This document shows, in pieces, positions 55,934 through 64,000 of a stretch of 64,000 nucleotides of DNA. The stretch spans positions 64,001 through 128,000 of IMG/VR virus record IMGVR_UViG_3300031857_000028. The stretch is one strand, 5' to 3'. A program made the translations under genes and the position numbers. Under the pieces are notes generated by a model, which saw only the letters and a program-made list of their open reading frames with translations, did no database searches and was not told the DNA's origin. The stretch's first letter is position 1. Every line of letters starts with the position of its first letter. This stretch comes from a virus.

Positions 55934-58900
55934 TTAAGTAACATTTAGTTGTCCTCCACCGCCAGTAATTATTTCTTCGTTCGTTTGAGTTGGGGCCACA
56001 ATTAAATCAGTTCCTTCACTCAAGAATACTTGGATGGGAGAAAGTCCATCAATTGTAGTATCAATAGTATTTTTACATCCCAAATAATTTCGTCGTTTGA
56101 TAGAGGTTGAATTATCTCTAAAATATCTATAATGCTTTCTCAAATAACCAAATGGTACGCGCCGTTGAATTTGTATTGCAAAATAATACATTGACAAGAC
56201 AAATCCTATCTTCTCCGCAGGGGTTAAGTTATTTATAGTATAATATAATTTACCTTCCAACAACGAACTGTCGGATACCAATGTCACAATAGGATTTATT
56301 ATTTGTGCAGTATTTTCTTCATCTATAGAAAGGTCTACGAGTACACCGTCGTCAATATTAGGTGCCTGTGTTACGGGACGGTATATGTCTGTATCTCTAG
56401 CCTCCGGAGTTCTATACAATCGTACTCGGATACCGGCAGTATTTGCTTGAATTGCCAACAATGCGGCAATATTTTGTAATATGATTTGGCCGGTCATAAA
56501 AGAATTTCCAGATATATTTTGTATAATATAATTATCCACGAATCTATTCGGAAAATCAATTGCAGACTCTAGTTCAACGCTAGTTAATTTATAGTTGGTC
56601 AATACCGGGTCTGGTACCGTAAATGTGTCAAATACCACACGACGAGGTTGATAATCAAATTCCGGCGTAAACCGCACCACTTCCCAATTATCTTTATCTA
56701 ACGAAGGGGGTAGATAGGATGGCACGCTACCCGAATAGAATCGTGTACCATCGACTGGGGCTGTATATGATGGTCGAGTTTTGAACGCATAATATTTTTT
56801 ATTACCGGCACGGGCATCTAAAATAACTTGTAAATTTAAACTACTAGTTTCACTTACTTTGACTTCTTGTACAACAACATCGTTTAAATTGTATGATGTA
56901 CCAAATGACCACGTTGTAATTCCTTCAAATTGTTGTGTAGAATAATTCCACTGTTGATTTAACGGACGAATATATGCAACACGTTTTTTAATTACTGGAA
57001 ATTTATACACTCCTTCTGGATGATTGAAGAATGTGTATACTCCCAAGTCTCTGAAGTCCGCAATTGGTGGTATATCATATAATGCCGGTAAATATATACT
57101 TCTCGTCCCACCGTTACGGTCTTTTTCGATTTCCAATCCTAATAATTTTCTCGGATAGATTCTATCAAATGGTTCAGCGCCCACGGACCCATAATTATTA
57201 TCATTGTATGGAATCTTATTCATGTCATAGAAACGTGATTCGATGGTACCATTAATAGGAGTATAATTACTTACTAGTACATTTTCATCGATAGTAAGTA
57301 TTGCACCCTTTATGTCTTGCATATCTGCAAGTATCACATTTTCCGTTACGTCCACCGAAGATGTCAGTAATGATGTTGTGGCTGTGATAACTGGTGTACT
57401 TTCCATTTCTGCTTGTAGCAACGTATATTTTGCCGTAGTTTCCGGTTCGGGTGCAACTAAACCAGAAACGGTATACGTTGCACTATAATCAGGTCTACTA
57501 CCAGTCAACGAACCAACCGCTTGTAAGGTTTTTCTAGAGTTATTTCCGTAAACTCGTGTCTCACGTACTACGGGTACTCTAGTTTGTTCTAGTATTGATT
57601 GTTCAATTACTATTCCTTTTAAGGTTGCTGCGCGTGACGGAATAAAATAATCAACTACCTGATCTAGTACCGAAGATACTTCCGATAGTATTCGGATATA
57701 TTGATTTACATCTACATCCACATAGTAATATCTATTATAGTAATTTTTTAGTCGTTCTAGTGAACGTTCGAAATTTTTATACGTTGTTGTTGGTACACCT
57801 AATGCAGTATTTATATTTTCTATACCAAAATTACGTATAATATTCTGATTTACAATTTCTGTTGGGCAGTTTGCTAGAACTACTCTGTTCTTACCTCTAC
57901 TAACTTTTTTATTTTTTTGATTTAGTAAACTCTTCGAACGATAGAGCCGTTTGACTCCATTTACATCCGTTACATTACTAGGATACTCCAATAATTTTAT
58001 TTTATTAGATATATATGATGTCGTTCCAACCGTGGGCACTAGCTGTCGAATAACTCTATTAAATCGTGCAATACTTCCCGTTGATATGTTTGACGCAGAT
58101 ACATGTAATAATTGATTAATTGGTACAGAAGTCTCATTTAATAACAATGAACTTGATACGAGTAGATCGGTATCAATCTTATTAAATGACAGTTGTACCA
58201 GTAGGTTTTCAACTGCCGACGTATATGTATCTCCTGCATTTGAACCTGGATCAAAGGCAGTATTTAATATCATTTCATCAGAAACAGAATCATTCCATAG
58301 TCTGAACTCATCGATAGTACCTACGAATGAAGAATTCCCGTACAGTGTACCTATACCACCGAGATATATCGTCTGTGTATTTTGCCAAGCCGAATTGAAT
58401 GTGACAGATTCAGTTGTATATGAATCGAATAATATATCATCGCCTTCAGTTTTTATCAAACGTAAACTTGTTTCATCGACAGTACTACGTAATGCAATAT
58501 TGAATAATTCATTATCAAATATTTCTTCGTAATTAGTAATTATTGAAGAACTCCCAGACGTATTACGTAATTCAAGTCTACCAATTTTTGGTATAGATGG
58601 ATGAGGTACGGCTAATAACTCCCATCCATTATTACTATTGATGATAGTTGTAATTTTATTGGTATCCAATGCCAAATTCAGTTGTAATGTTTCTGGATTG
58701 TTCAGCATTGGAATTTGTATATACGGCATCATTGATGACGTTGTACTTGAACTCACTGCAGTTGATGCACTAAAATACAATCCCGTCGAATTTTCGTCAA
58801 AAATATAAAATGAGCCTGAACTTGCTATACCAGTTTCTCGTACAGTTACTAATGAATTTTTAAAGCCTAATGTTTTTATTAAAGTTAATAGCGATGTTCT

Positions 58901-60622
58901 GGAGCCCTTGGATTTTACGAAGAACGGTAAGTTATGTAACAATCGCTTGTACACTTCTGCCGTAATGTCACGACGAGGTTCTTCCTCTAAAGTTCCAAGA
59001 ATATTATCGGCAAGATTATATATTGAATTAACCGTTGGCATAGTAAATCCAACTGCTTCTGCAATTTCATTGATTAAATCTTTCGATAATCCTTGATTTG
59101 GGTCCAGACCACGGTCGTATATGTATGGGAAATGATCAACGTATGGTTTTAATGTATCAAAGAAATGTCCTATCATGGTCACAAAAGTGATATAAGGAGA
59201 ATTTTCCTCATGTTCACGTACGTGCGTTGGAATAGTATTAATTAAATTATTTTCATTAAATTCATCGTATCGTTGTGCAATTTCAAGTTGTGTACTAAAC
59301 CACTCCTCTACTTCAGGACTATACACTGGTGCAATCACATTTCCTATTTTTGGCCAATATGACGAAGAATTAAATTCCGTTCCAGTATCTGCATACCACG
59401 CAGATGCTGTATATGGCAGTGTAGACCCCGATGTGAAGTATAAGTGTTGTTCATATCTATCAAATGAACGAATGATGTTTTCTTTTTCCAGCGCATATTG
59501 CGCACTCTTATCTTGAATAAAAATTGCTGCAGCAGAAGATGTTTGCATTGAATATACAGATGACGATAGAAACTGTTGTCTGTTATATTCGATGTTTTCT
59601 ATAAGTTTTAATTTTTCTCTAAATGCCTGCAAACGCATTGTTGCAGAGCCATAAAAAACAAACTTATTATAGTCTGTAAAATCTAGATTTAGTTCTGCGG
59701 AGTCAAAGTCGTATGAGTACCACTTTCTGAATATTTCGTCCTCAAACGTTTTATTCTTATATAGGTCGTCTGCACCTACAGAACCCGTTTGCAGTGATAA
59801 TAATTTTAATGTAACATTGTTTAAACTCTTACCGAGACTAAAGTCTGTTGCTACTCCTAAATTTTTTGGTCTTAAGTATGGTGTTGTATCTATCTGTGGA
59901 GGGAATCGTACTCTAATTTTATCAATTACTGTTTTTGCAACTTCTCTACTCAAAAACACAGGTGTCTGTGTCTGTATTTCGTCGGGAATTGGTTGCAATA
60001 ATTTTAATTGAATAGTATTTACGGTATTTAAATCTCGTTGACCATATCGCTGTGCAACCACTACTGTCTGTTTATCGTCACCGTAGTTTAATAATGTCTT
60101 AAGTTCACGCTCCTCATCTATATAATTTCTAATTGCAGCGTTTAAGAAATCAAATGATGCACTTATCAGTGGCTGAGAAATGTTCACATCAATTAAATCT
60201 ACTTTTAATTGAAACTGGTACTGAACATTTGCCGTTTGCCGTGCCGTTACTTCAGGATTAACCCTTATTTTAATAGGATATGTTAGATTGACCTTAATTT
60301 TGCTTCTTAATACTGCAGTTGTTGTGACCGTGTTATTATATGTGTTTGTACTTGACGTATTTTGATTGGGTGGTATACTGGCACTTTGCGATTGTGGAGT
60401 TCGATCGGGTGGTAATGCACGTAGGTAGACACCGGCAGGTGCTGCTTCACCACCGGTTAATACACCTGTTCTATAATTGTTTGCTAGTTGAGGATATCGC
60501 TGTTCGTCCACCCACACCCATCCACCCAACGTGGTACGTATTCTAACGTAATTTGGAGGAATCTCGTTAGCAGTTTCTAAAGAAAGTGCTTCTGCTTCCG
60601 TGAGAGGTATTATATTACTCAT
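55934..60622 (-). CDS. Large baseplate-wedge-like protein with a LamG-like insert
   Basis: 1562 aa. FVFYGSA, MIGHFFD and KRLLHNLPFFVKSKGS motifs. FVGTIDEFRLW is LamG-like. Confidence 0.65.
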   Translation of the reverse strand: MSNIIPLTEAEALSLETANEIPPNYVRIRTTLGGWVWVDEQRYPQLANNYRTGVLTGGEAAPAGVYLRALPPDRTPQSQSASIPPNQNTSSTNTYNNTVTTTAVLRSKIKVNLTYPIKIRVNPEVTARQTANVQYQFQLKVDLIDVNISQPLISASFDFLNAAIRNYIDEERELKTLLNYGDDKQTVVVAQRYGQRDLNTVNTIQLKLLQPIPDEIQTQTPVFLSREVAKTVIDKIRVRFPPQIDTTPYLRPKNLGVATDFSLGKSLNNVTLKLLSLQTGSVGADDLYKNKTFEDEIFRKWYSYDFDSAELNLDFTDYNKFVFYGSATMRLQAFREKLKLIENIEYNRQQFLSSSVYSMQTSSAAAIFIQDKSAQYALEKENIIRSFDRYEQHLYFTSGSTLPYTASAWYADTGTEFNSSSYWPKIGNVIAPVYSPEVEEWFSTQLEIAQRYDEFNENNLINTIPTHVREHEENSPYITFVTMIGHFFDTLKPYVDHFPYIYDRGLDPNQGLSKDLINEIAEAVGFTMPTVNSIYNLADNILGTLEEEPRRDITAEVYKRLLHNLPFFVKSKGSRTSLLTLIKTLGFKNSLVTVRETGIASSGSFYIFDENSTGLYFSASTAVSSSTTSSMMPYIQIPMLNNPETLQLNLALDTNKITTIINSNNGWELLAVPHPSIPKIGRLELRNTSGSSSIITNYEEIFDNELFNIALRSTVDETSLRLIKTEGDDILFDSYTTESVTFNSAWQNTQTIYLGGIGTLYGNSSFVGTIDEFRLWNDSVSDEMILNTAFDPGSNAGDTYTSAVENLLVQLSFNKIDTDLLVSSSLLLNETSVPINQLLHVSASNISTGSIARFNRVIRQLVPTVGTTSYISNKIKLLEYPSNVTDVNGVKRLYRSKSLLNQKNKKVSRGKNRVVLANCPTEIVNQNIIRNFGIENINTALGVPTTTYKNFERSLERLKNYYNRYYYVDVDVNQYIRILSEVSSVLDQVVDYFIPSRAATLKGIVIEQSILEQTRVPVVRETRVYGNNSRKTLQAVGSLTGSRPDYSATYTVSGLVAPEPETTAKYTLLQAEMESTPVITATTSLLTSSVDVTENVILADMQDIKGAILTIDENVLVSNYTPINGTIESRFYDMNKIPYNDNNYGSVGAEPFDRIYPRKLLGLEIEKDRNGGTRSIYLPALYDIPPIADFRDLGVYTFFNHPEGVYKFPVIKKRVAYIRPLNQQWNYSTQQFEGITTWSFGTSYNLNDVVVQEVKVSETSSLNLQVILDARAGNKKYYAFKTRPSYTAPVDGTRFYSGSVPSYLPPSLDKDNWEVVRFTPEFDYQPRRVVFDTFTVPDPVLTNYKLTSVELESAIDFPNRFVDNYIIQNISGNSFMTGQIILQNIAALLAIQANTAGIRVRLYRTPEARDTDIYRPVTQAPNIDDGVLVDLSIDEENTAQIINPIVTLVSDSSLLEGKLYYTINNLTPAEKIGFVLSMYYFAIQIQRRVPFGYLRKHYRYFRDNSTSIKRRNYLGCKNTIDTTIDGLSPIQVFLSEGTDLIVAPTQTNEEIITGGGGQLNVT

Positions 60623-60623
60623 A

Positions 60624-61133
60624 TTATTCTATCCTCAACGAATTTGGAAGTACACGGCGATTATACGGTTGAATAGTAACATTTCTTCTGGCAATATCCG
60701 TATTAGTTATATTTGTTACTGCTACATTTATAGAAGTAAGTTGATTGTCTAACTGAGCCAAATCTAATACAAAATTATTTACCATAATATCAATATTTAG
60801 TATTTCTGACGGTTTAAACGTCTTTGTAATTTTCGTCGTATTATTTGCTGCATCTTCGAATACCGCATCGGTTGAAGTCTTTAAAATAAACCAATCTTTG
60901 GAATACGTAATTACCGCTTCCAAATCAACATTTGCAGTAATATTACGTATATTAAGTGTAGCAACATATGAATTGTCCGTTCCCAACGCATATTCTATAA
61001 TAGTTGGATTAGTATTTGGCGCCAAATCATACGTAAACATATCTCCAACAGTCGTTATTTCTGCAATTTCTGGAAATGGTGTATAATTTTCCAAGTATGG
61101 TACTTGGCCCGTTGTGAAATTTTTTAGAGGCAT
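60624..61133 (-). CDS. Hypothetical structural protein
   Basis: 169 aa, beta-rich. Confidence 0.55.
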   Translation of the reverse strand: MPLKNFTTGQVPYLENYTPFPEIAEITTVGDMFTYDLAPNTNPTIIEYALGTDNSYVATLNIRNITANVDLEAVITYSKDWFILKTSTDAVFEDAANNTTKITKTFKPSEILNIDIMVNNFVLDLAQLDNQLTSINVAVTNITNTDIARRNVTIQPYNRRVLPNSLRIE

Positions 61134-61136
61134 ATA

Positions 61137-62114
61137 TTAAAGTTCCGTTATATCTACATTTAATTTAATTCTTGAATCCCCGTCACCTAATTTATCATAT
61201 AGTTCCGACCGTATACCTACGGTAAATGTTGTTGAACCTCTAGGTGTCAACGTAAGTGTACTAGGTGTTATAACAATTTCCGGATTGGTTTGGAACGTTG
61301 TGAGAAAAGTACTCGCGTACGAAGGATTAAATGCCCTAATAACTTGAGGGGGTGGATACCTGTTGGTGCCTCTATTGTATATAAAATTTAATGCAATATT
61401 TAAATCCGGTTCAAAACTTACTATAGTAGTTGGTTCCCAACAAATACCACCTTCAACCCCTAAATAGTTAGCAGACCTATAATCTGTAGGTATTGGTGCT
61501 GTACTAAGTGTACCATCTATACAACGTCTCCATGGTACCACAGTTGGCGTTGGTGTTGGTGGTACTTGCGGTGTTGACGTTGGTGTTATTATGACAGCCG
61601 TGGGCGTTGGCGTTGGCCTTGGACCCGTCACTGTTGGCGTTGGTGTTGGGCCTGGTGTTGGACTTGGTGTAGGCGTTGGTGACGGACCCGGTGTTGGTGT
61701 AGGCGTTGGTGACGGGCCCGGTGTTGGTGTGGGCGTTGGTGTTGGTGTTGGGCCTGGTGTTGGACTTGGTGTTGGTGTGGGTGGTACTGGTGTTGGCGTG
61801 GGGAGAATCACTGGAACGCATCTATAAATTGGTGTAAAATTTATCCCCGTCCCCATTCCAACACCAATTCCAACTACTCCTCCCGTTTGAGTTACCCCTT
61901 GGAACACACATACAGACCCAGGTGGGCAATTTTGTGCCGCAACATCACAATCACTGGTTTGAACTGGTGCAGTCGTTGGCGTCGGTGTTGGTCTTGATGA
62001 CCCTCCACCAGACGAAGCCTCTCTACACTGCCCGCTAACGCAAATTAGCGCCGTGTCAAACAAGGTATTTGAATTGCAATCTGAGTCTGTTCTACAACTG
62101 TCACCAATAGCCAT
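61137..62114 (-). CDS. Protein with Cys-rich modules, a long Pro-Thr linker and an Ig-like C-terminus
   Basis: 325 aa. N-terminal Cys motifs and about 90 aa of PT repeats. Confidence 0.7.
   Translation of the reverse strand: MAIGDSCRTDSDCNSNTLFDTALICVSGQCREASSGGGSSRPTPTPTTAPVQTSDCDVAAQNCPPGSVCVFQGVTQTGGVVGIGVGMGTGINFTPIYRCVPVILPTPTPVPPTPTPSPTPGPTPTPTPTPTPGPSPTPTPTPGPSPTPTPSPTPGPTPTPTVTGPRPTPTPTAVIITPTSTPQVPPTPTPTVVPWRRCIDGTLSTAPIPTDYRSANYLGVEGGICWEPTTIVSFEPDLNIALNFIYNRGTNRYPPPQVIRAFNPSYASTFLTTFQTNPEIVITPSTLTLTPRGSTTFTVGIRSELYDKLGDGDSRIKLNVDITEL
61540..61805 (-). repeat. Pro-Thr coding tandem repeat
   Basis: Degenerate 6-bp units plus ~30-bp units encoding [10 protein letters not shown]. Confidence 0.85.
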
Positions 62115-62137
62115 GTATATATTCCATTTAAATAATA

Positions 62138-62995
62138 TTAACTAACTTGTATTCGTCTGTCTGCACTATTCGAAAACGTATTAATTTTTTCATTAACTAC
62201 TTTTTCTATAATATTTCTATATTCATCTTCTTGTATACGTTCGTCACCTTTAATAATTATTTCTTCTACCACATATTGATATAAATTCATAACAAATTCA
62301 TTTAAATCATTTTCAAACTCACTGAGTATACCCAATCGGTCAATTTTACCTATTGTTTGTTCGTATGTCTGGTCAACCACTTCTATGCGTTCTATGATGT
62401 TACGTGCAGTTACCCCTTCAGTGGAGTCGTTTAATTGAACACCCGATTTAAATATCTTTTCTGCAACTCCTGCTGCATCAATTTTATTGAATGCCTTTTC
62501 AACAAACTCTTTTGCTAAAACATTATTACTTCGTATTGCTGGAGCGTCAATTGAATTGTTAAATGATAATTGTACTTCTGTTCTAGAATCTGATATTACA
62601 TCTATATTTAAAATTTTGTTTTCATATGTACCAATTTCATCGGCAAAAAAGTTGATTGCAACTCTGTAATCACCTGATACTAGAATAATGTTTTTATCTA
62701 TAAACAATTTAGTAAAGTCAATTCGTAAGTAATTTTTATACGTATTATCCGCATACTTCACAGTATGCACTTTTAATACGTCATCCGATAGTTTGACAGT
62801 AATACTTAGTACTAACACATTTGTTATAAGAGAGTAGAAATGTAATTCTACGTTATCATTATTGTCATACCCAAAACTGGCAGGTATTTCTTCGAATAGA
62901 ATTAATTCACTTGGATTATTTACTACTCTAGACGCTAAAAATCGTATATCTGTCTTGGTGGTAATATCACTTCGAAAATTAGTTTGATTTGGCAT
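62138..62995 (-). CDS. Hypothetical baseplate-region protein
   Basis: 285 aa, ISDSRTEV motif. Confidence 0.6.
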   Translation of the reverse strand: MPNQTNFRSDITTKTDIRFLASRVVNNPSELILFEEIPASFGYDNNDNVELHFYSLITNVLVLSITVKLSDDVLKVHTVKYADNTYKNYLRIDFTKLFIDKNIILVSGDYRVAINFFADEIGTYENKILNIDVISDSRTEVQLSFNNSIDAPAIRSNNVLAKEFVEKAFNKIDAAGVAEKIFKSGVQLNDSTEGVTARNIIERIEVVDQTYEQTIGKIDRLGILSEFENDLNEFVMNLYQYVVEEIIIKGDERIQEDEYRNIIEKVVNEKINTFSNSADRRIQVS

Positions 62996-62998
62996 ATA

Positions 62999-63415
62999 TT
63001 AACCAATCTCCACGGTGTCATCACCGCTAATAAAAACTAGTGTTAATTCAGTAAAATCTCTATCTATGTTAGCCATTACTTCTCTATTATATCGTTCAAA
63101 ATAAATAGGAACATAATATCCTTGTGATGCAGTTGGCTGCGTTTCAATATTTGGACTGACTATAATGGTTGACCCGTCATAATCCAACGGAGTTACAATT
63201 TTAAACGGATGGGTATAGGAAATTTCAGGTTGTAATTCTGCCAGTGATTGTGTAGTCGGTATTACACTAGGATTTATAACCCGTGTATCTACGGTAAATA
63301 TGTCACCTTCTTGAGAAAAATTTTGAGTTGTTACTGTAATGATGTCATCATTATTTTTTGGTAATGTCACCAAAAATTTTTGTAGGAATGAATCTAAAAA
63401 ATTACTCATCGGCAT
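62999..63415 (-). CDS. Hypothetical protein
   Basis: 138 aa, ends IDRDFTEL. Confidence 0.55.
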   Translation of the reverse strand: MPMSNFLDSFLQKFLVTLPKNNDDIITVTTQNFSQEGDIFTVDTRVINPSVIPTTQSLAELQPEISYTHPFKIVTPLDYDGSTIIVSPNIETQPTASQGYYVPIYFERYNREVMANIDRDFTELTLVFISGDDTVEIG

Positions 63416-64000
63416 CTACCTTGAATGTATATTTAAATTCTGGGAAGAACACTAAACTACCGGATTTAATTTTTATATCCACGGTGTAATATCGATTTAT
63501 TTCCAATGCGGATGTATCCAGTACGAAATATGAACCCGACACATCACAACTAATTGCAGAATATTGATCAAAATCATACAACACTGTACCAGAGACATCA
63601 TCGGTTATTCTGAAATATGATTGCGACGGTAAATAATATGTATTACGATATCGTTGTACGGAGTCGTATTTTTTATCTGGATATAAATCTCTGGTAACCA
63701 AATACACCTTATCTATCTCGCCACGGGTGTATGCCTCTTTGATGTTGCGTGGTATTATCGACACGTTACTGTTACGTATTGGTTTCAAACTTCCCGTTTG
63801 GAATTGCTGGTCCGACCACACAATTTCTAGCTTAGGTGCAAAGATGGTGTGAGTATTTCCAGAAAATACTTTAATATTTCCTTTATTGTTCTGATCTAGT
63901 TCATCCCCCGTGGGGTATTTTATTAGTAATCCATTCCACAACGATGTACTACCAGATACAACGGGCGCAATGATACTTGTAACATCAATCTTAATATCTT
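63402..64000 (-). CDS. Structural protein with a DNRLRE-like domain, 5' end outside the window
   Basis: The frame stays open to the window edge (DIKIDVTSII..NGLLIK..FSGNTHTIFAPKLEIVW). Confidence 0.65.
   Translation of the reverse strand, partial: DIKIDVTSIIAPVVSGSTSLWNGLLIKYPTGDELDQNNKGNIKVFSGNTHTIFAPKLEIVWSDQQFQTGSLKPIRNSNVSIIPRNIKEAYTRGEIDKVYLVTRDLYPDKKYDSVQRYRNTYYLPSQSYFRITDDVSGTVLYDFDQYSAISCDVSGSYFVLDTSALEINRYYTVDIKIKSGSLVFFPEFKYTFKVDADE

Noticed and set aside
113-62669. Many plus-strand ORFs of 60-200 aa in the ORF track
   Set aside because: All lie antisense to long minus-strand genes, have no recognisable motifs and mirror the codon pattern of the S/T/G-rich proteins. They are shadow ORFs.
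1-64000. Stop-codon reassignment, as seen in some large phages
   Set aside because: Core genes are intact in the standard code, and TAA, TGA (e.g. bS21) and TAG (e.g. terminase) all end genes at sensible positions.
1-64000. tRNA, rRNA, integrase or host chromosomal genes
   Set aside because: Intergenic gaps are short and show no cloverleaf, and there is no prophage boundary. bS21 is in phage context, not host contamination.

Overview
A 64-kb segment of a large, AT-rich, T4-like myovirus genome (probably a jumbo phage). Every credible gene is on the minus strand and the standard genetic code is used. In transcription order (right to left) the window holds: baseplate and tail proteins (64000-52515); a short DNA-metabolism island with a Holliday-junction resolvase, a primase and a fused Mre11-Rad50 (52494-48050); a cluster of fibre and decoration proteins (48037-38116); a 1398-aa multi-enzyme protein; the large terminase; a run of small putative internal-head proteins; portal; prohead protease; a HAD phosphatase; ribosomal protein bS21; scaffold; major capsid; neck proteins; tail sheath; tail tube; and a second fibre/adhesin cluster (12506-1). 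The main observations are: (1) a ~70-aa domain shared by the major capsid protein and the tail sheath; (2) a ~130-nt structured leader with mutually exclusive folds upstream of the fibre/adhesin operon; (3) a set of proteins with T4 capsid-targeting-like N-termini and candidate protease sites, including a possible packaged polyprotein with protease, ligase-like, nucleotidyltransferase and ParB-like domains; (4) phage bS21 alongside strong Shine-Dalgarno sites; (5) an [ST]-[GAS]-S tripeptide concentrated in exterior virion proteins; (6) a late-promoter-like motif reading TATTTATA on the sense strand, the reverse complement of the T4 late promoter. All product calls come from motif recognition by eye. 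No database search was run.
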